34,429 bases of DNA from Actinomycetota bacterium (GCA_029858935.1 JAOUEA010000003.1:1-34429), one strand, 5' to 3'. Counted from the stretch's first letter, positions 1-8,696 are shown. Numbers and translations are program-made. The notes: a model not told the origin generated them from the sequence alone.

Positions 1-74
1 AACGCCACCTCCGGCCTTCGGGACGTTTCCGGGACAGCCGCGATCTTACCGGGTGGTGCCGGAAGTGGATCGAG

Positions 75-250
75 TCAGGCGGCCACTTCGCCAGTCCTCA
101 GTGGCTCTGTAGCGGGCCAACGTGAGGGCGTTGACCATCACCGTCCAGCCGAGCACCTCGACCTGCTGACGGCGCCATCCCAGGCCGAGAGCCCGCCAAG
201 GAACTGCGTGTTCTCCAAGGACCGGTTGAGCGATCTCGGTGTCCACCGAT
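75..250 (-). pseudogene. Probable frameshifted C-terminal remnant of a DDE-type transposase-like gene
   Basis: Joining minus-strand frames gives DTE/SLNRSLENTQFLG/RALGLGWRRQQVEVLGWTVMVNALTLARYR.../GEVAA*. The E-S-x-N-R segment followed by a hydrophobic helix resembles the last catalytic-Glu region of DDE transposases. Needs 2-3 frameshifts; no N-terminal part is visible. Confidence 0.35.
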
Positions 251-320
251 GCCCATTCCTTGAGCGAAGGGAGGGAAGACGTGGTATGACGAACGTGAAC
301 ATCCCTCAGGGGGTGGGATA

Positions 321-2474
321 GTGCTCGCTCTTGTCCGACGCGCTGCTCGCCGTCGACCGAGCGGGGAGCAGTCTCAAGTGCCGGGCCTCGCCGGGCCGGT
401 GGGATGGGCGCTCGTCGCGCTGGCGGCTCTCCTTTCGGCTTCAGCGCTCGGGATCGCCGCGACGGATCCACCTCCCGCGATCCCGGTCGCCGTCGAACTG
501 GAGGCCGAGGTGTCGCTCCTGTTCGTCGTCGCCATCGTCGTGATATCCATGGCGTTTTCAGTCGTCGGAGCGGTGATCCTCTCGAAGCGCCCGGACAACA
601 GCCTGGGATGGGTGTTCGTCCTCGGCGGCGCACTGATCGCGTTGGACGCGTTCGTGACCGGCTACGGCTACCGGGCCCTCGCCGCAGATCCCGGTTCGTT
701 GCCCGCCGGGCGTGCCGCGGCCTGGTTGGGCGACGTCGTGTCTCTCGTCGGATTCGCGTTCCTCACGGTCTTCCTGTTCCTGCTCTTCCCCGAGGGCCGA
801 CTTCGAGCCCGCGCCGAGCGGCGGACCGCGCTCGCTGCGGTCGTCGCGATCGGCCTCACGATGCTCGCAGCGATCGTGGAGCCGACCCTCGAGGGGTATC
901 TGGGCCAAGAGGCGATGCTCCCGCTTGCGAGCTCCGCCGTCTATGCGACCCTGTACGTGGCCGGATACGTGATGGTGGTAGGGGCGTTCATCGCGTCGAT
1001 CGTGCTTCTCATCCGTAGGCGTCGTAGGGCCGTCGGGCGCGAGCGTGACCAGCTCCGGATCCTCGTTTGGGCCGCGGTCGTCGCCATGGTCATGTTGACA
1101 CCGGTGCTGGTCCTTCCGGAAACAGCGCTGGGAGGGAACACCGCGTTCTTCTTCGCTGCCCCCGCGATCGGGCTCCCGCTGATACCGATCTCCGTCGGAG
1201 TAGCGATACTCCGTCACGGTTTGCTGGACATCGATCTGGTAGTCCGACGGACGGTCGTGGTCGCCGTGCTGGGGGGGTTCGTCATCGTCGTCTACGTCGG
1301 TGTGGTGGTCGGAGTGGGCGTGCTGGTCGGCAGCTCCGGCAACGCGGTCTTGTCAGCGATCGCCGCCGCGGCCGTCGCACTCGCGTTCCAGCCCGTGCGC
1401 CGATGGGCCCAACGCCTGGCCAACCGATTCGTCTATGGGAAACGCGCCACGCCGTACGAGGTCCTTCACGAGTTCTCGGAGCGTGTTGCGGGCTCGTACG
1501 GGACCGAGGACGTGCTCCCTCGGATGGCGGCGATCCTCGCCGAGGGGACGGGCGCCGAGCGCGCCCAGGTGTGGCTGACGACCGGCTCCGAGCTCCGACC
1601 GACCGCGGCCTGGCCCGAAGGAGCGGAGCGATCCAGGCTCGTTTCCGCCCCTGGCGGCACGCTGCCAGACATCGCTGACGTGACTTTCGCGGTGCCCGTG
1701 CAAGACGGGATGGAGATGCTGGGCGCGCTCTCGGTGACGAAGAGGGCGTCGGAACCGGTGACCCCGACCGAGGAGAAACTCGTGGCCGATCTGGCCCTTC
1801 AAGCGGGCCTGGTGCTTCGGAACGTGAGACTGGTCGAGGATCTCCGCGCCTCCCGGGGCAGGCTCGTAGCGGCCCAGGATGAGGAGCGACGCAAGATCGA
1901 GCGGGATATCCACGACGGCGCGCAGCAGCAACTCGTCGCCCTTCAGGTCAAGCAGCGGCTCGCGGAGCAGCTCGTCGACCGGGACCTCAACAAGGCGAAG
2001 GAGCTGCTGGGACAGCTGCAGGGCGAGACCGCCCAGGCGCTGGAGGATCTGCGGGCGTTGGCGCATGGCATCTACCCACCCCTCCTTGCCGACCAGGGGC
2101 TCGTCGCGGCGCTCGAATCGCAATCCAGGCGGGCGGCTCTCCCCGTGACCGTCCGCGCGAACGGAGTGATCCGCTACTCGCCCGAGGTGGAGGCCACCGT
2201 CTACTTCTGCGTCTTGGAGGCGCTGCAGAACGCGACGAAGTACTCGCGAAGCAGGTCCGTGGAGATCACGCTCGAGGACTTGGACGGCGTACTCGGGTTC
2301 GACGTCGTGGACGATGGAGCAGGGTTCGACCCCGGATCCACCGCACGAGGGTCCGGTCTCCAGAACATGGTGGACCGACTCGAGGCGCTCGGAGGGACGC
2401 TTGCGATCCGATCCTCGCCGGGGGCGGGAACGAGCCTCTCCGGGAAGATCCCGGTCCAGGCGACGGGCTCGTGA
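321..2474 (+). CDS. Multi-TM sensor histidine kinase (membrane domain, GAF-like region, HisKA_3, HATPase_c)
   Basis: About 9-10 hydrophobic segments; H-box ERRKIERDIHDGAQQQL; N-box EALQNATKYS; G-boxes DDGAGF and GSGLQNMVDRLEALGG. GTG start is uncertain. Confidence 0.93.
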   Translation: MLALVRRAARRRPSGEQSQVPGLAGPVGWALVALAALLSASALGIAATDPPPAIPVAVELEAEVSLLFVVAIVVISMAFSVVGAVILSKRPDNSLGWVFVLGGALIALDAFVTGYGYRALAADPGSLPAGRAAAWLGDVVSLVGFAFLTVFLFLLFPEGRLRARAERRTALAAVVAIGLTMLAAIVEPTLEGYLGQEAMLPLASSAVYATLYVAGYVMVVGAFIASIVLLIRRRRRAVGRERDQLRILVWAAVVAMVMLTPVLVLPETALGGNTAFFFAAPAIGLPLIPISVGVAILRHGLLDIDLVVRRTVVVAVLGGFVIVVYVGVVVGVGVLVGSSGNAVLSAIAAAAVALAFQPVRRWAQRLANRFVYGKRATPYEVLHEFSERVAGSYGTEDVLPRMAAILAEGTGAERAQVWLTTGSELRPTAAWPEGAERSRLVSAPGGTLPDIADVTFAVPVQDGMEMLGALSVTKRASEPVTPTEEKLVADLALQAGLVLRNVRLVEDLRASRGRLVAAQDEERRKIERDIHDGAQQQLVALQVKQRLAEQLVDRDLNKAKELLGQLQGETAQALEDLRALAHGIYPPLLADQGLVAALESQSRRAALPVTVRANGVIRYSPEVEATVYFCVLEALQNATKYSRSRSVEITLEDLDGVLGFDVVDDGAGFDPGSTARGSGLQNMVDRLEALGGTLAIRSSPGAGTSLSGKIPVQATGS

Positions 2475-2769
2475 CTGTCCGGTTGGCGTCACGCCGGCGC
2501 CGGCGAAACGGATCACGCTGCGATTCCGAATAGCATGCGAGCGATCCCTATCCGGGAGCGTGAACTCTTCCGAGCCCTTGCACCTATGGACGACGCAGCC
2601 CCGGCTCTCCGGCGCCTGTCGGAAGCGAAAGTGCCTCTCGTCGAGTTGATAGGCCATTGTCATCACCTCCTCTCGTCATGGCCTTTGATAAGAACGATAT
2701 GAGCGAGACCCTTCGGCGATGAAGGGCGTGGCCCTCAAGAGACCGTCTAAACCGCTGCTATGCAGTAGA

Positions 2770-3400
2770 AGCCAGGATGGGGCCGCCCCGCGCTCGAGGA
2801 TCTCCTCGGTGATGCCGTCGCGGATCTCCTCGATGTCGACCTCCGGGATCACGCTGATGCCCGACTTGTTGTGGGCGGTCCTGAGACGAACAACCAGGAG
2901 CCCGCCGCGGGCCCGTCGTGACCTTCGCCCGTCGTTCGGAGGCGCTTGTCCGCGACCACAACACGCTGCCGCAGGTTGATCGGGATCCGTCGATCCGCCA
3001 CGGGACGTAGTGGCAGAGCAATCCTCCGTCCGGCGTCCTGGCGCGCTCCTCCAACTCCGCTACACGGTCTCGAGGCTTGGTGGCCGGCGCGACGGGGACA
3101 TCAGGTCTTCCCAAGACCAGCCGGCGTACGGCGTTGTCAGCCGCTCGAGGTCCTCCGCGAACCAGGGCTCGCCATCGGACGACGCCGCGTCCCGGGTCGG
3201 ATCCAGCAGGCGGAGGGTCACAGGGGCGACGACTTGTCCCTTCGGAAGGGCGCGCGACAACGCGAGTGGCACATTCCCGAAGCCGGCTTCCTCACTGTCC
3301 CCATAGAGGTTGAAGAACAGCACCTCGACGGCCCGGGTGAGTATCCACCGATGCGAGGGTGGAACGAGTTCGATGAGGGGAGACCTTTCGCGGCGCGACG
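2770..3400 (-). pseudogene. Probable decayed gene of unknown function
   Basis: Protein-like segments with GC-rich third positions occur in successive minus frames (VEVLFFNLYGDSEEAGFGNVPL...WFAEDLERL; RVAELEERARTPDGGLLCHYVPW; KSGISVIPEVDIEEIRDGITEEILERG). No intact ORF covers them. Confidence 0.35.
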
Positions 3401-3729
3401 CTCGCTCCTTACAGCGACTCGGACGGCCGGCTACTTCACGGCGCCCAGGGGAGATCCGAGGAAGGCTGACACGCCGGTACCAATACCGCACTCAGGTAGC
3501 AGATGGTTGCGATCCGTTGCAGACAGAGCGGGTCGGCGAGCGTTACCAGATGGCCAGATTTCGTTACCGGCGGGATATGGACGAGCCCATGGCCAGGGCG
3601 GTTGGGGATTTCTACCGCCCCGAGCTGGCCGGGCTCGAGCCGGTCCAGAGCTGGCAGCCATCGTCGCCGAGCCCGAATCGGCGGTTGCAGTGTCGCGACT
3701 GGGTGGGCGCAGGAACGGCAGGGAGCGGA

Positions 3730-5220
3730 TCAGGGAGCCGTGGTGCCCCGCTCCGCTTCCTGAGCGCGGATCGCGTCGAGGTCGCACCGGCGAGCGAGTC
3801 CCGCGAGGGCACGAGCCATGCGGTGGTTCCCGCGGAACCGATCGGCATGCCGGTCGAGGAACGCCCAGTAGCCGGCCGTGAACGGACATGCCAGATCACC
3901 GACGCGGACCGCCGGGTCGTACGGGCATCGGCCGCAGTGATCGGACATGCGGTCGATGTATGCGCCGCCGCTCACGTAGGGCTTGGTCGCCATCTCGCCG
4001 CCGTCGGCCCACTGGCTCATGCCGATCACGTTGGGCAGCATCACCCAGTCGTACCCGTCGACGAACGAGCGCTGGAACCACGAGGACAACGCCGCCGGAT
4101 CGATGCCCCGTTGCAGGGCGTAGTTGCCCAACACCATGAGTCGGGGGATGTGGTGGGTCCAACCCCGTTCACGCACGTCGCGCAGGGTCGCCCGCAGGCA
4201 CTCGGCTCGGACCTCGCCGTCGGCATCGAGGGAGTCGAGCCAGACGGGCAGGGCCTCGCGCGCATCAAGCGCGTTCCGCGAGCGGTACCCCTCGCCGAAC
4301 GTCCGATACAGGCCCCACACATACTCGCGCCACCCGAGCACCTGGCGCACGAAGCCTTCGGCGCTGGCGATCGGCGCGGCCCCCGATCGGTAGGCCAGCT
4401 CGGCCTCGCGGACGACTTCCAGCGGATGCAACAGACCCAGGTTCATGGGTGCCGAGAGCAGCGAATGCGCCATCACCGTGTCGGCGCCGAGCATCGCGTC
4501 CTCGTGCGGGCCGAACGCCGGGAGCCGGTCGCGCACGAACGTCTCGAGTGCGGCTAACCCCTCGGCCCGCGTCGCTGCCCACCACCGGGGGCCGTCCTCA
4601 CCCACCGTTCCGATCGTGCCCTCGGACGTCCATCGGTCGATGTCCTCGCGCACCTCGGCATCGATGTCGTCCTCGGTCGGCAGGTGCGGCGGCGCCACGC
4701 CGAGCGTCTCCGCCCCGCGCGGTGGCGGTTCCCGGTTGCCGGCATCGAAGTTCCAACGTCCGCCCGCCGGTTCGCCGTCAGGTTCGAGCAGCACGCCGAG
4801 CCGACGGCGCTGCCAGCGATAGAAGTCCTCGAGCAGCAACCTACGCTCACCCCGCCCGTCGACCCACTCGGCGAACCCTTCGCGCGAGGTGGCGAACCCT
4901 GGGTGCGGCTCGATCGTCGCGAGGCCCAGCGTGCGCACGAAGGCCCGAGCCGTGTGCGACGTGGGCTCGCAGACCGAGATGTCGCGGGCCGCGATGCCCG
5001 TTTCGGCCAGGCCCGCGCGATACCCGCCTGCCCGAACCGAGATCGCGCGATCGCCGAGCTCGGCCGTGCGGTGTCGCATCGCCGAGAGCAGGAGGTGCAG
5101 CTTCTGGCGGTGCCAGCGCTGCCGTCTGATCGCTGCGAGCGATTCGATCACGATCACCGGCTCATCGTCGCCGGGCAGGAACCAGGGCCCGAGCTGAGCG
5201 CCGAACAGCCAGCGGGTCAT
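3730..5220 (-). CDS. Cryptochrome/photolyase family protein, FeS-BCP type (PhrB/CryB-like (6-4) photolyase), 496 aa
   Basis: Start reassigned to the ATG at 5220 (MTRWLFGAQLG, GGAG upstream). Motifs: HRQKLHLLLSAMRH, LLEDFYRWQRRR, GGRWNFDAGNR, HSLLS, EGFVRQVLGWREY, HHIPRLMV, KPYVSGGAYIDRMSDHCGRC...ACPF. Four Cys are available for a 4Fe-4S cluster. Confidence 0.93.
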   Translation of the reverse strand: MTRWLFGAQLGPWFLPGDDEPVIVIESLAAIRRQRWHRQKLHLLLSAMRHRTAELGDRAISVRAGGYRAGLAETGIAARDISVCEPTSHTARAFVRTLGLATIEPHPGFATSREGFAEWVDGRGERRLLLEDFYRWQRRRLGVLLEPDGEPAGGRWNFDAGNREPPPRGAETLGVAPPHLPTEDDIDAEVREDIDRWTSEGTIGTVGEDGPRWWAATRAEGLAALETFVRDRLPAFGPHEDAMLGADTVMAHSLLSAPMNLGLLHPLEVVREAELAYRSGAAPIASAEGFVRQVLGWREYVWGLYRTFGEGYRSRNALDAREALPVWLDSLDADGEVRAECLRATLRDVRERGWTHHIPRLMVLGNYALQRGIDPAALSSWFQRSFVDGYDWVMLPNVIGMSQWADGGEMATKPYVSGGAYIDRMSDHCGRCPYDPAVRVGDLACPFTAGYWAFLDRHADRFRGNHRMARALAGLARRCDLDAIRAQEAERGTTAP

Positions 5221-5364
5221 GCACGAACTCCCTCGGGCGGCGGACGCCGCGAGCCGCCAGCGTAGCGACCCGGACGCTCGCGGCGGAGCAGCCCGACGAG
5301 ATGCGTAGGTCCCGCCGGCTCGTTGGGCACCCCCGCTCCTAGCGTGGAGGAAGGAGGAGATCTC

Positions 5365-7116
5365 ATGGCTGCACCCTTGCGAACCCGCGCGACCAACGTG
5401 TTGGTGATCGGCTCGGGCGGCGCCGGGATGCGCGCCGCGATCGCGGCCACCCAAGCCGGCGCCGATGTCATCATGCTCGGCAAGCGCGAGCGCCACGATG
5501 CCCACACCGTGCTGGCTGCCGGGGGCATCAACGCCGCGCTCGGCACACGCGATGCGGAGGACTCCTGGCAGCAGCACTTCGCCGATACCCTGCGCGACGC
5601 CTACCACCTGGCCGATCCGGAGATGGTCGAGATCTTGGCCACCGAGGCACCGGCGGCGGTGCTGGAGCTCGCCGAGTGGGGGTGCGCATTCGCGCGCACT
5701 CCCGACGGTCGCCTCGACCAACGGTTCTTCGGCGCACACAGCTACCGCCGCACGTGCTACGCAGGCGACTACACGGGTCGGGCGATCGTGCGCACGCTCG
5801 GGTCCGTGGTCACCGACCTGGGCATCACGTTCGTGCCGGGGCAGTATGTGTCGAGGCTGTTGGTCGGCGACGACACGTGCTTCGGGGCGTTCGCGTTCGA
5901 CCTCGTGACGGGCGAGCGCACGGCGTTCCTCGCCGATGCGGTGGTGCTGGCCACTGGCGGCCACACCCGTATCTGGCGCAGATCGTCATCGCGACGCGAC
6001 GAGAACTACGGGGAAGGGATGGCGCTCGCCCTGCTCGCCGGCTGCCGCCTGTCCGACATGGAGCTCGTGCAGTTCCACCCGACCGGCATGGTGGCGCCCG
6101 AGGACGTCGCGGGCATCCTCGTCACCGAAGCCGTGCGCGGTGAGGGCGGGATCCTGCGCAACGCGAACGGGGAGCGCTACATGGAGCGCTACGACCCGGT
6201 ACGTCTCGAGCTGTCGACCCGGGACCGGGTCGCCCTCGCGAACTACACAGAGATCCTCCAGGGCCGCGGGGGGCCGCACGGCGGTGTGTTCCTCGACGTG
6301 TCGCATCTCGATCGGTCGGCGATCCTCGAGAAGCTTCCTCGCATGTACCGGCAGTTCATCGAGCACCAGATGCTCGACATCTCGAAGGAGCCGATGGAGG
6401 TCGCCCCGACCGCGCACTACTCCATGGGCGGGGTCGTGGTCGAGCCCGGGACAGCTGCGACCGACGTCGACGGGCTCTACGCGGCAGGTGAGGTGACCTC
6501 GGGCCTGCACGGGGCGAACCGGCTCGGTGGCAACTCGCTCGCCGAGACGCTGGTCTTCGGACGGCGCGCCGGCGAGCACGCGGCGGCGCGAGCCGCGTCC
6601 ACAGACATCTCGCTGCGCCCGCGTGCGGTGATCGCCGCGGCTGCCGATGAGCTCGAGGTGCTCGTCCGTCCCGGCCACGAGCTCGCCCGGCCGATGCAGC
6701 GTGCCGTGCGCGACCTCTTGTGGGAGACCTGCGGCGTGGTCCGCGACGAGCAGGGGCTGCGCCGGGCACTCGATGGCCTGCGCGACCTGAGCGACTCGCT
6801 CGGCGACGTCGACGTGAGTCCGACCGAGGAAGGGTGGGGCGACCTCGGTCATCTGCTCGACCTGCGGTCCGCGCTGCTCACCGGTGAGGCGACCGTGGTG
6901 GGCGCGCTCGCCCGCCGGGAGAGCCGCGGGGCACACAATCGTGCCGATTTCCCCGCGCTCGACCTGGGGGGCCTCGTGCACCATCGCGTGCGGCTCGACC
7001 CCGCGACTCGCGGGCTCGTCGCCTCGACCGATCCGGTGCCGTCGATCCGAGACGAGCTGGCAGCCTGGATCGAGCATGGATCCGTCGACGTCGGGAGCGA
7101 TCGCTTGCTCGAATGA
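5365..7116 (+). CDS. Stand-alone succinate dehydrogenase/fumarate reductase flavoprotein-like FAD oxidoreductase (SdhA/FrdA/NadB family)
   Basis: AGGAGG SD before the ATG at 5365. Motifs: GSGGAG, HTVLAAGG (FAD-linking His), QFHPTG, TEAVRGEGG, HYSMGG, HGANRLGGNSL, ESRGAH. Confidence 0.92.
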   Translation: MAAPLRTRATNVLVIGSGGAGMRAAIAATQAGADVIMLGKRERHDAHTVLAAGGINAALGTRDAEDSWQQHFADTLRDAYHLADPEMVEILATEAPAAVLELAEWGCAFARTPDGRLDQRFFGAHSYRRTCYAGDYTGRAIVRTLGSVVTDLGITFVPGQYVSRLLVGDDTCFGAFAFDLVTGERTAFLADAVVLATGGHTRIWRRSSSRRDENYGEGMALALLAGCRLSDMELVQFHPTGMVAPEDVAGILVTEAVRGEGGILRNANGERYMERYDPVRLELSTRDRVALANYTEILQGRGGPHGGVFLDVSHLDRSAILEKLPRMYRQFIEHQMLDISKEPMEVAPTAHYSMGGVVVEPGTAATDVDGLYAAGEVTSGLHGANRLGGNSLAETLVFGRRAGEHAAARAASTDISLRPRAVIAAAADELEVLVRPGHELARPMQRAVRDLLWETCGVVRDEQGLRRALDGLRDLSDSLGDVDVSPTEEGWGDLGHLLDLRSALLTGEATVVGALARRESRGAHNRADFPALDLGGLVHHRVRLDPATRGLVASTDPVPSIRDELAAWIEHGSVDVGSDRLLE

Positions 7117-7160
7117 GCGGCACCCCGCGCCGCGGGGATGGAGCTAGCGGCTCGACGCGT

Positions 7161-7883
7161 TCAGGAGTCGTCCGCGAACGCGGTGGACGCCACCGAGGTC
7201 TCTCCGGCCTCGATGGCGCGAACGATGCGCGCGGCGACCACTCCGGGCGCGAGTCCCTCGGGGAGAGCGGGCGCGGTGCCGAGGAAGGGTCGGGAGGCCA
7301 GGCCCGTCTCCGTGTGAGGGGGTCTCGCGTCGATGACCCGCACCCCCGCCCGGCGCAGCTCCCTCGCGAGTGCTTCATCGGCCGCGGTCATGGCGGCCTT
7401 CGTGGCTGCGTACACGGCCATGCCGGGCATCGGCCGCTCGGCTACGACCGCGGACAGCTGCAGCACGAACCCCTTGCTTGCCTCCAGCAGCGGCAGCACG
7501 CCCCGGACCAGCCACAAGGGGCCCATGGCGTTCGTCAGGAAGAGCTCCTCGATCGTGTCGTCGTCGTGCTCGGCGAGGGAACCGAATGCCACGATGCCGG
7601 CCGCGTTCACGAGGCCATCGAGCCGGCCGAACGACTCGACTGCGGCCTCTGCGATGCGCGCGCCGCACTGGGGGTCGCGGATGTCCGCCTGCACGATCGG
7701 CGCGTCGGCGAGGCCCACCGCTCGCAGACGGGCCACGTCTCGCCCGGCCAGCAGCGGTCGGGCTCCCTTCGCCGCCACGGCATGCGTGATCGCGCTGCCG
7801 AGGCCGCCGGACGCACCGAGCACGGCGACGACGGCGCCGTCCAGCGTTCGAGATGATGCCGATGTCGAGCCGCTGGGTGGCAT
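7161..7883 (-). CDS. SDR family NAD(P)-dependent oxidoreductase
   Basis: GASGGLG, VNAAG and YAATK motifs; GGAGG SD upstream. Confidence 0.92.
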   Translation of the reverse strand: MPPSGSTSASSRTLDGAVVAVLGASGGLGSAITHAVAAKGARPLLAGRDVARLRAVGLADAPIVQADIRDPQCGARIAEAAVESFGRLDGLVNAAGIVAFGSLAEHDDDTIEELFLTNAMGPLWLVRGVLPLLEASKGFVLQLSAVVAERPMPGMAVYAATKAAMTAADEALARELRRAGVRVIDARPPHTETGLASRPFLGTAPALPEGLAPGVVAARIVRAIEAGETSVASTAFADDS

Positions 7884-7915
7884 GGATCCTCCGCGTATCC
7901 CCGGTCACGCACGCA

Positions 7916-7941
7916 TTCGGTGACGATGTCCCGGTGGACGC
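7916..7941 (-). promoter_or_regulatory. Possible ECF (SigK-like) promoter for the SDR gene
   Basis: Minus strand reads GCGTCC-N15-CCGAA, similar to the recalled mycobacterial SigK consensus CCATCC-N15-CCGAA, about 33 nt upstream of the ATG. Confidence 0.3.
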
Positions 7942-8007
7942 CTCGCCCCCGCCGGTGCATGGCTTCGCCGGTGAGGCCCACGGCCTCGTCAGGCTACCGT
8001 CACCGGC

Positions 8008-8385
8008 ATGCGCACGCGGATCGAGGCCAGGGGTCCCGCCGACTCTCAGGCGATGTGGGCCGCCTACTCACACACGTCGCGGTGGCGAACCTGGGCACCA
8101 CAGGTGCGGCGAGTCGATCCCGAGGGTCCGCTCGTGACCGGCATGCGCGGGGTGGTGCACGGGCCCCTGTGGTCCAACGCCAGGTTCGAGGTGACCTCCG
8201 TCGATGCGTCGGCAGGGCGTTGGACCTGGCGCGTGCGGGCGGGGCCCGTGCGGCTCACGATCGACCACGAGGTGGCCGACGGCGTCGCCGCGGTGGCGAT
8301 CGACGGCCCGGCGCCCGTCGTGCTCGCGTACGCCCCGATGGCGCGGCTGGCACTCGAACGACTGGTGCGCTCGGCCCACGGCTGA
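8008..8385 (+). CDS. SRPBCC/polyketide cyclase-like protein
   Basis: W..Y....W..WAPQV pattern and FEVTSVD...RWTWRV. TACCGT lies 7 nt before the ATG, consistent with a leaderless start. Confidence 0.75.
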   Translation: MRTRIEARGPADSQAMWAAYSHTSRWRTWAPQVRRVDPEGPLVTGMRGVVHGPLWSNARFEVTSVDASAGRWTWRVRAGPVRLTIDHEVADGVAAVAIDGPAPVVLAYAPMARLALERLVRSAHG

Positions 8386-8396
8386 CGGCTCGACAG

Positions 8397-8430
8397 CGGA
8401 GGCCCCGACCCCGCTCGGTCGGGGCCTCCG
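8397..8430. terminator. Perfect 14-bp GC hairpin, likely bidirectional terminator
   Basis: CGGAGGCCCCGACC-ccgctc-GGTCGGGGCCTCCG between the convergent SRPBCC gene and tRNA-Asp; no U-tract. Confidence 0.7.
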
Positions 8431-8439
8431 TGGCTCCTG

Positions 8440-8515
8440 CGCGCCCGACGGGCTTCGATCCCGCGATCTCCGCCTTGACAGGGCGGTGAGGACGGCCGGA
8501 CTCCTCTACGGGCGC
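8440..8515 (-). tRNA. tRNA-Asp (GTC)
   Basis: Acceptor GCGCCCG/CGGGCGC, D-stem GAGG/CCTC, anticodon arm CCGCC-CTGTCAA-GGCGG, T-arm GCGGG-ATCGAAG-CCCGT, discriminator G. CCA not encoded. Confidence 0.93.
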
Positions 8516-8571
8516 ACGTGGTGTTCCTGTTGTCATGGCGCCGCGCGTCGAGTACTCGACGTTCGGAACCG

Positions 8572-8644
8572 TGCCCCCAACGGGATTCGAACCCGTGCTT
8601 CCGCCTTGAAAGGGCGGCGTCCTAGGCCGCTAGACGATGGGGGC
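8572..8644 (-). tRNA. tRNA-Glu (TTC)
   Basis: Acceptor GCCCCCA/TGGGGGC, anticodon arm CCGCC-CTTTCAA-GGCGG, GGTTCGAATCC T-loop. CCA not encoded. Confidence 0.97.
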
Positions 8645-8690
8645 GAAGGTGCTCCTCCAGCAGGGTAGCGGCCCCGAGGGCAGCCGACAG

Positions 8691-8696
8691 AGTATA
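8691..8696 (-). promoter_or_regulatory. -10 element (TATACT) for the tRNA-Glu/Asp transcript
   Basis: Near-consensus TATACT about 47 nt upstream of tRNA-Glu; TGGCCA lies 16 nt further upstream. Confidence 0.5.

Noticed and set aside
54-73. Minus-strand TCGATCCACTTCCGGCACCA resembles a tRNA 3' end or att site
   Set aside because: T-arm spacing is wrong, there is no 5' half, and it matches none of the three tRNAs in the window.
3541-3568. GTAAC pair as a GlnR box
   Set aside because: Spacing is 21 rather than 11 or 22, and no intact target gene lies downstream.
5221-5964. N-terminal extension of the 744-aa photolyase ORF
   Set aside because: Antisense shadow of the flavoprotein gene. The photolyase motifs and SD point to a start at 5220.
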